From the IMG/VR virus record IMGVR_UViG_3300020429_000539, positions 236,263 through 300,262 of that record: 64,000 bases of DNA; one strand, given 5' to 3'. Below are positions 1 to 10,019 of this stretch, piece by piece. The notes below the pieces were generated by a model that was given only the letters and a program-made list of their open reading frames with translations, made no database searches and had not been told where the DNA came from. A program made the translations under genes and the position numbers. The first letter of the stretch is position 1; the number at the start of each line of letters is the position of its first letter. The stretch is from a virus. Its lineage: Duplodnaviria; Heunggongvirae; Uroviricota; Caudoviricetes.

Positions 1-287
1 TCTTCTGTTCGCTCCCGCAAGAAGTCATCGTCCTCAAGCTTCGAGAATTTGGCAACTTCGATTTTGAAGACTCTAAGTGGGTCTACCTCAAAGATCACGG
101 CATCCCAATTGATTGACTGCTATCCTCGTTTCAGCAAAAACTGGACATGCCCCGACATGATTGGTCATGTCAACGTCGAAGTCATTCGCATCTCATTTGA
201 TAACCTTTCCTCTCTTCCCAATGCCTCGCCTGACCCTGTTATCGCGGTCGAAGGCGAGAAGAGCCTCAGTAAAGCCCCAGGTATTAT

Positions 288-689
288 TTGCTCTCGATGA
301 AGGACGTATTCAACTCTGTTTCTGAGTTCCTCTTTCAGGCTCCTCTCAAGTGGAGCAAGCAAAAGAGCGATGCTACGCTGACAAAGATTGTTGAAAAGGT
401 TCAATCTCAGACAGGCTGGACCTGGAACGAGGCGCTTTTTGCCGTTTTCATCCGAGACTTTATTGGTCCTGGTATCGAAAAAGGGCTTGCGACAATTCCG
501 AGTGGCCTCGAAGACACTCTCCGTATCTACATCACGAAGGGCGATGATTTGCGATTCGCGTCTTTCCCTTACCATTCTCCGAGTCTTGTTCTCGGCGACA
601 TCGTGCCGTATCCGCCTATGGATGGCCCTGGCGGAGGATACAATGACGGCTATCCCTCTGGGGACTATGACCTTGGGGAACCTGGATAA
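288..689 (+). CDS. hypothetical protein
   Basis: 133-aa ORF tightly packed with the next gene; start may be ATG 297. Confidence 0.6.
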   Translation: MLSMKDVFNSVSEFLFQAPLKWSKQKSDATLTKIVEKVQSQTGWTWNEALFAVFIRDFIGPGIEKGLATIPSGLEDTLRIYITKGDDLRFASFPYHSPSLVLGDIVPYPPMDGPGGGYNDGYPSGDYDLGEPG

Positions 690-695
690 ACTAGC

Positions 696-1259
696 ATGTC
701 TAGTAGCCTTGCCAAGAAATGCGATAAAGAGTCAGCAGAAACACTAGATATTGCTGACCTTAGTAGTATCTGTGCTAAGTATCTACTAAACTCTGCTGGC
801 GCTGTCAATCTTGGCATATATATCCGCACAGAGTTTGGCGATTGGCAAGTCAAGGCTTACGTCAATCATAACCTTGTAGCGATTGAAGAACAGGCTCTTA
901 CAATCTTCGAAATGCTATCGGGCGTCGCTGAGTTTGCAGGCACCAACATTACAAACATTCCCCATGTCTTCTCTATTGAAGACCTTGAAGAGCTTATTGA
1001 TGAAGTTCCCTTTTTTCTTGACGGGTACAACTTTATATATTCTCCTATTGCTGGCGAAGAAGAGCAATCGGAGGTTGTTTTGCTTGTAATGGGAGATAAA
1101 CCCTTTACCGTGAAACAAGTTGACGATATGCATGAGATTGCTCTATGCTTTGCGGAGCATGTTCATCGTGCGAAAAATATCAGCAATCGCATGCAGCGCT
1201 TCCTAGAGGAAGATACAGGTTACGGAGGTTACGACGATGACAGTAACTTCCCTTTCTAA
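696..1259 (+). CDS. hypothetical protein, acidic C-terminus
   Basis: 187-aa ORF, no recognisable motif. Confidence 0.7.
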   Translation: MSSSLAKKCDKESAETLDIADLSSICAKYLLNSAGAVNLGIYIRTEFGDWQVKAYVNHNLVAIEEQALTIFEMLSGVAEFAGTNITNIPHVFSIEDLEELIDEVPFFLDGYNFIYSPIAGEEEQSEVVLLVMGDKPFTVKQVDDMHEIALCFAEHVHRAKNISNRMQRFLEEDTGYGGYDDDSNFPF

Positions 1260-1359
1260 CTTTTGGCGACCTTCTAATCATCGGCTGCATATCATGGGTA
1301 GGTCATGCAGCCGATATAGGGCATTAGTTACCTATTTTTTCACATATAGAAGGTCGCTC

Positions 1360-1429
1360 GCCCCGCTACTCGAATGGATGAGTGTTGGACTGCGTAGTCT
1401 AACTAGGGGTTCAAATCCCCTGCGGGGCT
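1360..1429 (+). tRNA. atypical tRNA or tRNA-like gene (nominal GCG anticodon, 8-nt anticodon loop)
   Basis: acceptor GCCCCGC/GCGGGGC; D-stem ACTC/GAGT with TGG in the loop; anticodon stem TTGGA/TCTAA; T-arm AGGGG-TTCAAAT-CCCCT; no encoded CCA. Confidence 0.7.
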
Positions 1430-1450
1430 TTTATCGTAAGGATATATTTT

Positions 1451-3409
1451 ATGAACCGTCTTGTATCGATTATTGTTTTAGCAAGCATTGCGTCTTTATC
1501 GCATTCGCAACCTAATTTTGCCACAAGAGAAATAAGCTCTCGAACTACTAGTTCGGGAAATATTGTAACAACCAACTATGACACTATCAACGGCATTGAT
1601 GTCTTTGGTACAAGTTTCAAAACCATTTACAAGGATGGTCGCGTCATTCATAATGGTCGGCCTACTGCTCGCAGTCTTCCAGCACAGGCGTCGCAACATA
1701 ACCAGGACTTTTCAGCGATAGCTTTTGAGCTTGCAACCGGCATTTCGGCAAGCGAGATTGTCTATTCAAACCCTGTCTATTTTGAACAGAATGGAGAGTT
1801 CAGTCCCTCGACCCATGTTCAAGTTTTTGATGGCAAACATACTCGCACGCTTGTTATCGAACAGGGAACATACAACATCCTGCTCAGTGTGGACGAAACT
1901 ATTGCATGTATGCATCAACAGCCCGATTCAGCAAATGCTGTTTCGGGAGACCTTGATAATACGATTCCGTCTGTAAGATTTCGTCGATGGATTGACGACA
2001 GTCCATTTCCGGGCACTCCTCATCCTACTGGCATACCTGATGAATGGCAGGCTCCTTTTGCTATACATAACACAATCATGAACCAGAAAAGCCTTGCGAG
2101 CCCTCATGGTTGGATTTTTGCTCCTGGTGCATATCTAACGGGTAACAATGTTCGTGCAGAGACGTATGGCGTCAATAACCAGCATATACCTGATGGACCA
2201 GTTTTTGCTTCAAATGCATACACGAATCCAATCCAGTTTGAACATTACTACCGTCTCGACTATGATTGGACTTCTTCTGATTTTCAGACGCTCAAGACTG
2301 CGGCAACTAATGCATTTGTTGTCGGCAACTTATATCACGACTGGATTTGGGGCTATGGGTTTCAAGAAGATGACGGCAACTTTCAGGAAAACAACTACAA
2401 TCGCGGCGGCGTCGGTGGAGATTCGATATTAGCTTATACTGAATACAATCGAGTAGGCTATATAAACAATGCTTTCTTTTCAGGAACACATATTGACGGA
2501 ACGCCTGCGACGGTCATTTTATGGCCTTTTCGTTATTCCCTCAACGGCCCTGACCGTCATAGTGGGTTTGATAATCAAATCTGTGTTCATGAATATCAAC
2601 ATGGAACGACTCTTCGTCTTGTTGGAGCCATGAACTACCAGTGGGTCCAGGTTGCAGCCGTAAGCGAATGCATGAGCGATCTGGTTAGTCTTGTCTATAA
2701 CAACCTTGACCGTGGCGAACTAAATCGTGATGATGTTATTGGATTTGGTGGCTGGGTTGGTTATAAACTAAATGGCTCACTAGGCTTCTTGGATAACTAT
2801 TACTTCGGTATTCGCCCCTACCCAATCAATGTTGAACTCAATCCTATGAGGCTTCTCTACACAGATATAGATGGTGGGTGGGACTTCCCCGATGATGAAT
2901 ACCCCCGCACGCCTAGGACCATAAACTACAGTGGTCATTATGTTGGGCAAGTTCCTTTGATTGCTCTTTGGGAGGTTTATCATGAGTTTATTGAAGATTA
3001 CGGATTTGAAAAGGGCACAGACGAGTTTATGTTTCTTGTTATTGATGCACTGAAAGTTATGAACCCTAATCCAAGTCTTAAAGACTTGAGAGATTCATTC
3101 GTCCTTGCCGATGAACTATTGAACGAGGGCGAGCATCGGACCCGTATTTGGGCGGCTTTCGCGCGTCGTGGCATGGGCGTTGGCTTTGAAATCGATGAGC
3201 GACTTGCCTCTCCCTTTGTCCGAGGCGTCACAGAAAGCAACGCCTCTCCCGATTGGAGTGACTACAATCGGGACGGTATAATGGACGCCAGCGACATCCA
3301 AGCTTTCCTCGTTGACTTTCAGCTTGGGAGCATGCGTGCCGACCTGAATCTCGACAATACGTTGGACATACAAGACGTTTTAGACTGGCTTGAACTTTGG
3401 AATAGTTGA
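1451..3409 (+). CDS. secreted M36 (fungalysin-like) metallopeptidase with C-terminal Phycisphaerae-type dockerin/EF-hand domain
   Basis: signal peptide; GFQEDDGNFQENNY, NNAFF, HEYQH zinc motif, downstream SECMSD, IWAAFARRGMG; C-terminal DYNRDG..D..DIQAF / ADLNLD..LD..DVLDWL repeats. Confidence 0.85.
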   Translation: MNRLVSIIVLASIASLSHSQPNFATREISSRTTSSGNIVTTNYDTINGIDVFGTSFKTIYKDGRVIHNGRPTARSLPAQASQHNQDFSAIAFELATGISASEIVYSNPVYFEQNGEFSPSTHVQVFDGKHTRTLVIEQGTYNILLSVDETIACMHQQPDSANAVSGDLDNTIPSVRFRRWIDDSPFPGTPHPTGIPDEWQAPFAIHNTIMNQKSLASPHGWIFAPGAYLTGNNVRAETYGVNNQHIPDGPVFASNAYTNPIQFEHYYRLDYDWTSSDFQTLKTAATNAFVVGNLYHDWIWGYGFQEDDGNFQENNYNRGGVGGDSILAYTEYNRVGYINNAFFSGTHIDGTPATVILWPFRYSLNGPDRHSGFDNQICVHEYQHGTTLRLVGAMNYQWVQVAAVSECMSDLVSLVYNNLDRGELNRDDVIGFGGWVGYKLNGSLGFLDNYYFGIRPYPINVELNPMRLLYTDIDGGWDFPDDEYPRTPRTINYSGHYVGQVPLIALWEVYHEFIEDYGFEKGTDEFMFLVIDALKVMNPNPSLKDLRDSFVLADELLNEGEHRTRIWAAFARRGMGVGFEIDERLASPFVRGVTESNASPDWSDYNRDGIMDASDIQAFLVDFQLGSMRADLNLDNTLDIQDVLDWLELWNS

Positions 3410-4200
3410 TGCATCAAAAGGTAGAAAACACTGAGTTCTGGAATGAGACCGACCTGCTAACGCGGGTCGGCTCTCGTTTGTATGGTTGCGCGAATCCTGA
3501 CTCCGACGATGACCGTCGTGGCTTCGTTGTTGAACCTGCCGAATACCTACTGGGTCGTGCCAGTTTCGAGCAGCATGAAGACAAAGCGACTGACCTCGTT
3601 GTATGGGGTGTTCAAAAGTTCTTTCATGGGCTAACAAAAGGCTCGCCGAATGTCTTCGAAATCCTGTTCGTACCTGATGAGTTTATCATCAGCGCGACAG
3701 GCCGTGGTCGCGAGGTTCTTCGCCGCCGTGATGTCTTTGTCTGCATGGGTTCGGTCATTCCTATCCGTGGCTTTGCTCATTCTGAATGGCTGAAGGCTCA
3801 GTTGAAGACAAAAAACAAAGCGACAGGGCAGATTTACCATAGCAAGCGGGTTGTAGGGGCCAAGAGAAAGGCCTCTCATGCAGAGCATGGCTATAGCGTC
3901 AAGAATGCATATCACGCCATTCGGCTACTCCATCAAGGCCTTGAGCTTGTTCAGGAGGGTCATATCACGTTTCCTCGACCTGAGGCTGATTTCTTGCGCG
4001 ATATCCGTAACGGAGAGGTTCAGTTCGAGAAGCTTGAGCTTGAATACGAACGGCTTGATGCTCGATTGAGTGAGCTTATTGAGCAGGCACCCCTGCGTCG
4101 CTTTCCTGACCGAGAAGCAATTGATGAACTTTACTACGACATCACAGGCGATGTGATTGTTGATTTTTTGGCAGGTCGTCATGCGAATACTGTTTCTTGA
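3409..4200 (+). CDS. Pol-beta superfamily nucleotidyltransferase (YcgL/RlaP-like)
   Basis: GSRLYG..NPDSDDDRRG motif; GSPNVFEILF; C-terminal KNAYHAIRLL..L..IRNG helical region. Confidence 0.85.
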   Translation: MHQKVENTEFWNETDLLTRVGSRLYGCANPDSDDDRRGFVVEPAEYLLGRASFEQHEDKATDLVVWGVQKFFHGLTKGSPNVFEILFVPDEFIISATGRGREVLRRRDVFVCMGSVIPIRGFAHSEWLKAQLKTKNKATGQIYHSKRVVGAKRKASHAEHGYSVKNAYHAIRLLHQGLELVQEGHITFPRPEADFLRDIRNGEVQFEKLELEYERLDARLSELIEQAPLRRFPDREAIDELYYDITGDVIVDFLAGRHANTVS

Positions 4201-4579
4201 TGATAATGCAATGCGGCACAAAATCTTTCGTCGCAACAGTATTGGATGTTCGGTAGATGCTGTATGGACAGCGAAAGAGGCCCTTGAGTGCCTCCTGGAT
4301 GAGGAAAAAGAATACGACCTCATCATGCTTGACCATGACCTCAATGCTGAAACCGAAAACCAGTTGAATGATGATGAGGAAGATGGTCGATATGTAGTAA
4401 AGAAGCTTGTCGAATCGGGCAGGCATAAAGATGTAACAATTGTCATTCATTCCCTTAATGCCGATGGTCGCAGAAATATGAAAGCACTGCTTGACCAGGC
4501 AGGCTATGCAACGGTACACGATCTGCCTTTTGCTTGGGAACGATTTGAGAAAACAGAGAACGGATGCAGTTTTCGATGA
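4181..4579 (+). CDS. cyclic-phosphate-processing receiver-like domain protein
   Basis: ILFLDD, IMLDHDL and VIHSLN..G motifs; ATG 4181 overlaps the NTase 3' end. Confidence 0.75.
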   Translation: MRILFLDDNAMRHKIFRRNSIGCSVDAVWTAKEALECLLDEEKEYDLIMLDHDLNAETENQLNDDEEDGRYVVKKLVESGRHKDVTIVIHSLNADGRRNMKALLDQAGYATVHDLPFAWERFEKTENGCSFR

Positions 4580-5454
4580 GAGTCAAAAGTCTTGAACTAG
4601 AACACTTCTGCGGCTACGAGCATGCAGTATTTGATTTTGATGACCGGCTGAATGCCTTTTATGGACCGAATGGCTGCGGTAAGTCTACGGCGCTTGAGGC
4701 TCTTCGCATTATAGGAAACCTCAACCGTATCACCGAACGAGAGAATGACTTGTTCTTTCGTAAATTGACCTATCATACTGATTATGACCCGTCTCTTCCT
4801 CACTTTGCAGTAAGCCAGCAACCTCTTCGCATCAAAGCTGTATTTGATGTTGATGGCGAAGAAAGAGTATGCGAGATTACCAGCGAAGGAGTTGTCGAAG
4901 GGGGCAACTTCGACGGAATCCTTCGCAAAGAAACAACAGGCAATAATGACATACTCTTTGTTGATGCTGATAACCAGTCAAACACACAAAAGTTTCAGCT
5001 ACCCGATAAGGCAAAAGAAAAGTTCCTGGAAATAGCTCCGATTGTTTACGGGTACGATGTATCGCTTGGTAAGGATGTCATCACAGAAGAGGGCGATGTA
5101 GAAGAAGTCTATTGGCAGGATATCGTCATAAAGAAAGGAAAGACTCGCGTTCACTACAAATCTATGTCTGCGGGTGAAAAGAAAGTGGCTACACTACTCC
5201 GTAGCCTCTGCAATCCATTCCTTGTCCGCAACGCGAAAATCCTGCTCGTGGACAACATTGAGATGCACGTTTATTTCGAGCGTCACGGACGCATGCTCGA
5301 CCGGATACTCGAAGTCTTACCTGATAAACAGTTTATCGTGACCACTCATTCAGGTGACATGCTGAGACACATCCGAACATCGTATGGAGAACAGTGTCTT
5401 TTCAATGTTCCTGAAATCAAGGGCGAACCCTTGAACAGCGAGAGCCTGCTATGA
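4576..5454 (+). CDS. ABC/SMC-family ATPase without long coiled coil
   Basis: Walker A GPNGCGKS, signature MSAGEK, Walker B LLVDNIEMH, H-loop TTHS. Confidence 0.85.
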   Translation: MRVKSLELEHFCGYEHAVFDFDDRLNAFYGPNGCGKSTALEALRIIGNLNRITERENDLFFRKLTYHTDYDPSLPHFAVSQQPLRIKAVFDVDGEERVCEITSEGVVEGGNFDGILRKETTGNNDILFVDADNQSNTQKFQLPDKAKEKFLEIAPIVYGYDVSLGKDVITEEGDVEEVYWQDIVIKKGKTRVHYKSMSAGEKKVATLLRSLCNPFLVRNAKILLVDNIEMHVYFERHGRMLDRILEVLPDKQFIVTTHSGDMLRHIRTSYGEQCLFNVPEIKGEPLNSESLL

Positions 5455-6728
5455 CTTTCAAGAGTTCCATCCTGCAAGACCTCGAATGGCGAGGCCTTAT
5501 TGCCCAAGTCACCGATGCACAGGCACTCGATGACTACCTTTGCACAGAGGGCGCTACGGTTTACTGCGGCTTTGACGCAACATCGGATAGTCTGACGATT
5601 GGCAACCTTGTTGCGCTTATGACTCTCTTCAGGTTTAGAATGCATGGCGCAAGAGCAATTGTGCTGCTTGGTGAGGCCACTGCGCTTATTGGAGATCCTT
5701 CGTTCCGCGATAACGAACGAGAGGAATGCGGTCGCACGGCTATTTTGCACAACGTCCACAACTTTGAGCAGCAGGTTCGAAAAGTCTTTGGCAAACAAGA
5801 GGAACCGAGCCACCTTCTGATTCGCGGTAATGCCAAGACGTTTGATGACATGAGCTACACGATGTTCATGACGGAGATTGGAAGGCATGTGTGCGTTAAT
5901 GACATGCTTCGTCGAGAGTCAATGAAGCAGCGAAGAGAGAAGGGGCTGACCTTTGCTGAGCTTGGCTACATGGTTATGCAGGCTCTTGATTTCAATGAAC
6001 TTTGGATGTTCGAAAACTGTCGTGTCCAAATCGGAGGAAACGACCAGTGGGGCAACATTTGTTCGGGCATTGACTTGATTCGCAAAAGGCATCAACCAGA
6101 ACACCCGGCCCTGGGGATGACTGTTCCTCTGCTTACTCGTGCTGATGGCTCCAAGATTGGGAAATCCTCGGGCACACCTGTTTGGCTGAGCGAAGAAAGA
6201 ACATCGCCTTGGGAGTTCTTTAACTACTGGATCAATCTGTCTGATGAAGAAGCTATTCAGCACGCAAAATGGTTTTTGCCTCTCAGTAGAGATGCCACAC
6301 AGGCCATTCTTGATGCTGCAACTGAATCAGACGATCCTCGTTCTCTCCAGAAAAGCCTTGCAAGGCAAATGACCTCTTTGATTTATGGCGATGAGGCAAT
6401 GAACCGCTGTCGCCGTGTTTCAGAAGCGCTGTTCAACAATGACATTTCTGAGCTTGATGATGACGATATGACAACTCTCGATGGTCATATTCCTACCGCC
6501 AAGCTGAGCCGTAATTGCCTGAGCGTTCTTGCTGACATGCTTGTTGAGGCAAAAGTTGCCACCAGTAAACGTGATGCAAGGACGCTTCTTGAACAGGGAG
6601 CAATCTCAATCAACGGTCGTCTCGTTCGCTCTGTTGAGGACTTTACTGCTGCCAATCTGCATCTTGACAAGTTCGCGCTGATTCGTCGTGGAAAGAAAAA
6701 CTGGCACCTTGCTGTGCTGGAGGGATAG
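5451..6728 (+). CDS. tyrS: tyrosine--tRNA ligase
   Basis: [15 protein letters not shown] (HIGH variant), [16 protein letters not shown] (KMSKS), C-terminal S4 domain ending IRRGKK. Confidence 0.95.
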   Translation: MTFKSSILQDLEWRGLIAQVTDAQALDDYLCTEGATVYCGFDATSDSLTIGNLVALMTLFRFRMHGARAIVLLGEATALIGDPSFRDNEREECGRTAILHNVHNFEQQVRKVFGKQEEPSHLLIRGNAKTFDDMSYTMFMTEIGRHVCVNDMLRRESMKQRREKGLTFAELGYMVMQALDFNELWMFENCRVQIGGNDQWGNICSGIDLIRKRHQPEHPALGMTVPLLTRADGSKIGKSSGTPVWLSEERTSPWEFFNYWINLSDEEAIQHAKWFLPLSRDATQAILDAATESDDPRSLQKSLARQMTSLIYGDEAMNRCRRVSEALFNNDISELDDDDMTTLDGHIPTAKLSRNCLSVLADMLVEAKVATSKRDARTLLEQGAISINGRLVRSVEDFTAANLHLDKFALIRRGKKNWHLAVLEG

Positions 6729-6729
6729 A

Positions 6730-7047
6730 ATGAAAAAAGGCTTTACCATTATCGAACTGTTGGTTATTATTGCGATTCTCGCATTGCTTACTGGTATTCT
6801 GCTTCCTGCTCTCGGTCAGGCCAAAAAGCGAGCCAATGAACTCAAGGCAGAGCGGCAGCGCGAGGAGCTTCTTCAGAACGAAGAGAGGAGACGAGAAGTC
6901 ATTGATGGCATTCGATACGTTATCGACCCCAAGACTGGGGTCGTCTTCGCTTTTATGCCGAATGGGAGTTCCCTTATCGTTCCCGTTGAACAACACGATG
7001 ATGTTTGGGAGCAGATTGAAAACCTGGATGAACTGGGAGATGAATAA
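6730..7047 (+). CDS. small protein with type IV prepilin N-terminal cleavage/methylation motif
   Basis: [32 protein letters not shown]. Confidence 0.85.
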   Translation: MKKGFTIIELLVIIAILALLTGILLPALGQAKKRANELKAERQREELLQNEERRREVIDGIRYVIDPKTGVVFAFMPNGSSLIVPVEQHDDVWEQIENLDELGDE

Positions 7048-7050
7048 ATC

Positions 7051-7668
7051 ATGTCGAATGATAGAAAAGATGAACTACATAGCATCATACAAGATGGCGT
7101 AGAAGACAGGATAAACGCTATAAGCGAGTTTTTCTCTGCTGCTACTGAGATATCTATAGAGCCTTGCCAACAGTCAGCAAACAGCCCTGACATATGGGTT
7201 ATATTGCTCCGAGATGGCGGGCATAACAAGCCACAAAACATCATGGTATTCTTTGAATACTCTGAAGAGCAAGCCAAGGCTGCCGCTCGACAGTTAGCTC
7301 TTGTGTTTACCGCATTTGGTTATGAGATAGTAGAAGACGGTCAAAGCCTAAGCTTTTCGAAAGAAGAACAAGAACGCATCAATGAGATGGGAGAGTTCTT
7401 CGCTCAGAGTCAAGTAATAACTTCAAGCTTTGCCGCAAGCGAAGACTCATGGAGCATTGTTCTTTCGTCAGATATTCTTCAGAAACAACTTGAAGTAATG
7501 AAACTAGATAAATCATCTAAGATGTCTGTTGTCTTTGCTGAAAAATGTCTAGGCCTATTCCTTGCTTCACAAGATAAGAGCCTGACATTGGCAGACGGAA
7601 CTGAAATCAATATCTATGGCTGCGCTGTCTATGGAGAGTTTGAAGCTGACCCTGATGAGGAGGATTGA
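7051..7668 (+). CDS. hypothetical protein
   Basis: 205-aa ORF in an operon; possible internal two-fold repeat (RINAISEFFS / RINEMGEFFA). Confidence 0.7.
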   Translation: MSNDRKDELHSIIQDGVEDRINAISEFFSAATEISIEPCQQSANSPDIWVILLRDGGHNKPQNIMVFFEYSEEQAKAAARQLALVFTAFGYEIVEDGQSLSFSKEEQERINEMGEFFAQSQVITSSFAASEDSWSIVLSSDILQKQLEVMKLDKSSKMSVVFAEKCLGLFLASQDKSLTLADGTEINIYGCAVYGEFEADPDEED

Positions 7669-8450
7669 TGTCTCCTCGGGTCGGCTTTATCGCAGGTACA
7701 GTAAGAACAGGCACCACCCTTTTGTCCAGGCTGATAGCCGAGCATTCTCAGTGTATCTCGTTTAGGGAGATGCATGTTTCTCGCATTGTCAACGTATCCG
7801 AACTGAATAGGCATGTTCGGAATGCCCTTGCCGCCGGTCTTACTCATAAAGAGATAAAGACGCTTGGCTGTCACTTAAGACTCTTTGAGCCTTCAAGTAT
7901 AGAGACTTGGCTCAAAGCTGCGGCCCTCGCTGTCCAAGACAGATACGATAGACCTCTTCTTGATGTTGTTATTGAAAAAGATCCAGAGCTTTTTCTAGAA
8001 GCCGCAAATCTGCCTTGGCTGCTGAACCATCCCACGATATATACGGTCAGAAATCCTCGTGGCATTCTTGATGCCCAAGACCTTTCTGTAGGCAGGGAAT
8101 GGAGAGAAAGAGCCCTCAGTGAGGCCATATCTGCCTTTATCAACATTGGTCCACATTTGAGCAATCCTTCGCTTTTGATTGTCAGATATGAAGACCTGGT
8201 AACTCATGCCAGAGAAACTATGGAAAGGGTTTTTGAGCATTTGGGAGTAAATACATCAGATGTTAACAAACTAAACCAGTTTAGCTCTTTGCAGTATTTA
8301 GTCGCGCAAAAGAAGTCGATGGAAGATGTCGATAGCACAAGAGCGACTGCTTGGATTGGCAATGAAGAACTTGAATCCATATACTCAGATGCCTCTGAAC
8401 GTATTGGCCGAGACAACATCAGGGCCTATGAAGATGCCTTTGGATATTAG
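7665..8450 (+). CDS. sulfotransferase family protein
   Basis: 5'-PSB FIAGTVRTGTTLL, EKDP, VRNPR, IVRYEDLV. Confidence 0.85.
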   Translation: MMSPRVGFIAGTVRTGTTLLSRLIAEHSQCISFREMHVSRIVNVSELNRHVRNALAAGLTHKEIKTLGCHLRLFEPSSIETWLKAAALAVQDRYDRPLLDVVIEKDPELFLEAANLPWLLNHPTIYTVRNPRGILDAQDLSVGREWRERALSEAISAFINIGPHLSNPSLLIVRYEDLVTHARETMERVFEHLGVNTSDVNKLNQFSSLQYLVAQKKSMEDVDSTRATAWIGNEELESIYSDASERIGRDNIRAYEDAFGY

Positions 8451-8871
8451 AAAGATTCTACAAGATAAGCAATCAATGTCCTGGTTGACTTGTCTAAATG
8501 CAATAGGCTCGGTTCAGTCTCATGAATGGGCTAGGCGGTTTGACCTCGAATATAAGTCAACGTTTATTCCTGTTCCAGAAGGTACTCGCTTTGTAATGCA
8601 TACGATAAGAAGCGGCTCCTTTGGCGTTGTCAGCGGTAATGATTTAGCCGCCCTACAAGGTAATCTATTTACCGCAAATCTTGAGCAACAGACATATGGT
8701 AACACGGATGCCGAAAAAACCGTAAAACGTCTAATCAATGCCTTTATTAGTGTGTTTGGCATCATGGATATGCAAGTTCATGTCATCAAGAGACCACTGA
8801 GATCAACAGGCGAGGTTCTACTATCAGCAGCCGTAATTTCAAAAGGCGAAATCATCCCGAGAAGGGACTGA
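8428..8871 (+). CDS. hypothetical protein
   Basis: ORF filling the operon gap; start uncertain. Confidence 0.6.
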   Translation: MKMPLDIRKILQDKQSMSWLTCLNAIGSVQSHEWARRFDLEYKSTFIPVPEGTRFVMHTIRSGSFGVVSGNDLAALQGNLFTANLEQQTYGNTDAEKTVKRLINAFISVFGIMDMQVHVIKRPLRSTGEVLLSAAVISKGEIIPRRD

Positions 8872-8888
8872 CGGGCGAAGAAATTCGC

Positions 8889-9287
8889 TTGCGAAAAGAG
8901 CGACAGTCTCGCTACAACCGAGAGTGGCTGGTCGTGCTTGGCTACGTGCGCGAGTGGAGAGAGCCCCGTGTCAGTGTTCACTCGAACGAGGTTGAGCAGT
9001 TTGGTAACATAATATTGAACAAGAAGCACAAAGCGGTGCTGGTTGTTGAAGGCAGAGACCCTTTGAGTTATTCGATTGTCTACAATACCAATACATTTTT
9101 CTTTCCGCATATGCTCAACATACTGATATTCGAGAACATGCAGCAGCTTCATGATTTTGCCGATACCATTGCAGACAAGTATCGCAAAGAGACCGGCTAT
9201 CTCGACGTTGATGTTATCGTAAAACGAAAAGCAACCATAAGAGATAGCGAGAGCTTTACAGCTATAGTGTTTGTTCATGAGGCCTAG
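8889..9287 (+). CDS. hypothetical protein
   Basis: ORF abutting the next gene; start uncertain. Confidence 0.6.
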   Translation: MRKERQSRYNREWLVVLGYVREWREPRVSVHSNEVEQFGNIILNKKHKAVLVVEGRDPLSYSIVYNTNTFFFPHMLNILIFENMQQLHDFADTIADKYRKETGYLDVDVIVKRKATIRDSESFTAIVFVHEA

Positions 9288-9986
9288 ATGATTGAAAAAC
9301 AAAAGCAGTTCGAGTATTACTTCCTTCAGGCAATCAATCGCAGACTGCCCGAGTCGAAGCAAATTGAAAACGAGCCTAGCGGTGTTATTGAAAGACTCAT
9401 TGAGGCCTATAAAACGCCTGTCTTTGGAGACACGCCGCGCTCATATCATACCTTTGAACACGTTCTTGAGTGCATTCACACCCTCGTTGAACACAGGGAA
9501 CATCTTGGACTGTCCGAAGAAGCATTCGACCTACTGGTCGTTGCTCTTGCTTATCATGATATCGTGTATGATACAGGCAATACGAGCGCTATTGATACAA
9601 ACGAATACTTGAGCGCAGAGTTTGCCAAAAGCGAACTTGCTTCGCTTGACCTTGATGAAGGCTTCGTTGAAAAGGTTCATCTTCTCATTCGACAAACCGA
9701 CCACAAAGACCTGTTGCATCCCGATTATCTTTGCTCGGTTATTCGAGACATTGATTTGTCGGGCATGGCAAGCGATTATGAAGCATTCGCCGAGCGGTCA
9801 GAGAATATCCGCAAAGAATACGCCCAGTATGATGATGAAGCGTTTATAAAAGGCCGTATTGAGTTTATGGAACAGCTTATCGCAGGTAATAAACTGTTTT
9901 ATACCGACTATTTTAGTAAACTCTTGACCGAGAAGGCTATTAATAACATAAAACGCCACCTTGAAGAAATGAAGGCAACAGCTTAA
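9288..9986 (+). CDS. HD-superfamily metal-dependent phosphohydrolase
   Basis: RSYHTFEH, YHDIVYD, NEYLSA, DIDLS, IRKEY motifs. Confidence 0.85.
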   Translation: MIEKQKQFEYYFLQAINRRLPESKQIENEPSGVIERLIEAYKTPVFGDTPRSYHTFEHVLECIHTLVEHREHLGLSEEAFDLLVVALAYHDIVYDTGNTSAIDTNEYLSAEFAKSELASLDLDEGFVEKVHLLIRQTDHKDLLHPDYLCSVIRDIDLSGMASDYEAFAERSENIRKEYAQYDDEAFIKGRIEFMEQLIAGNKLFYTDYFSKLLTEKAINNIKRHLEEMKATA

Positions 9987-10019
9987 AACCCCTATAAAAC
10001 AAGGGTTAAATGGCCCTGC

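Noticed and set aside
1-300. Gene call at the window start
   Set aside because: Two frames are open from the edge (one ends near 116, one at 300); cannot decide without upstream sequence
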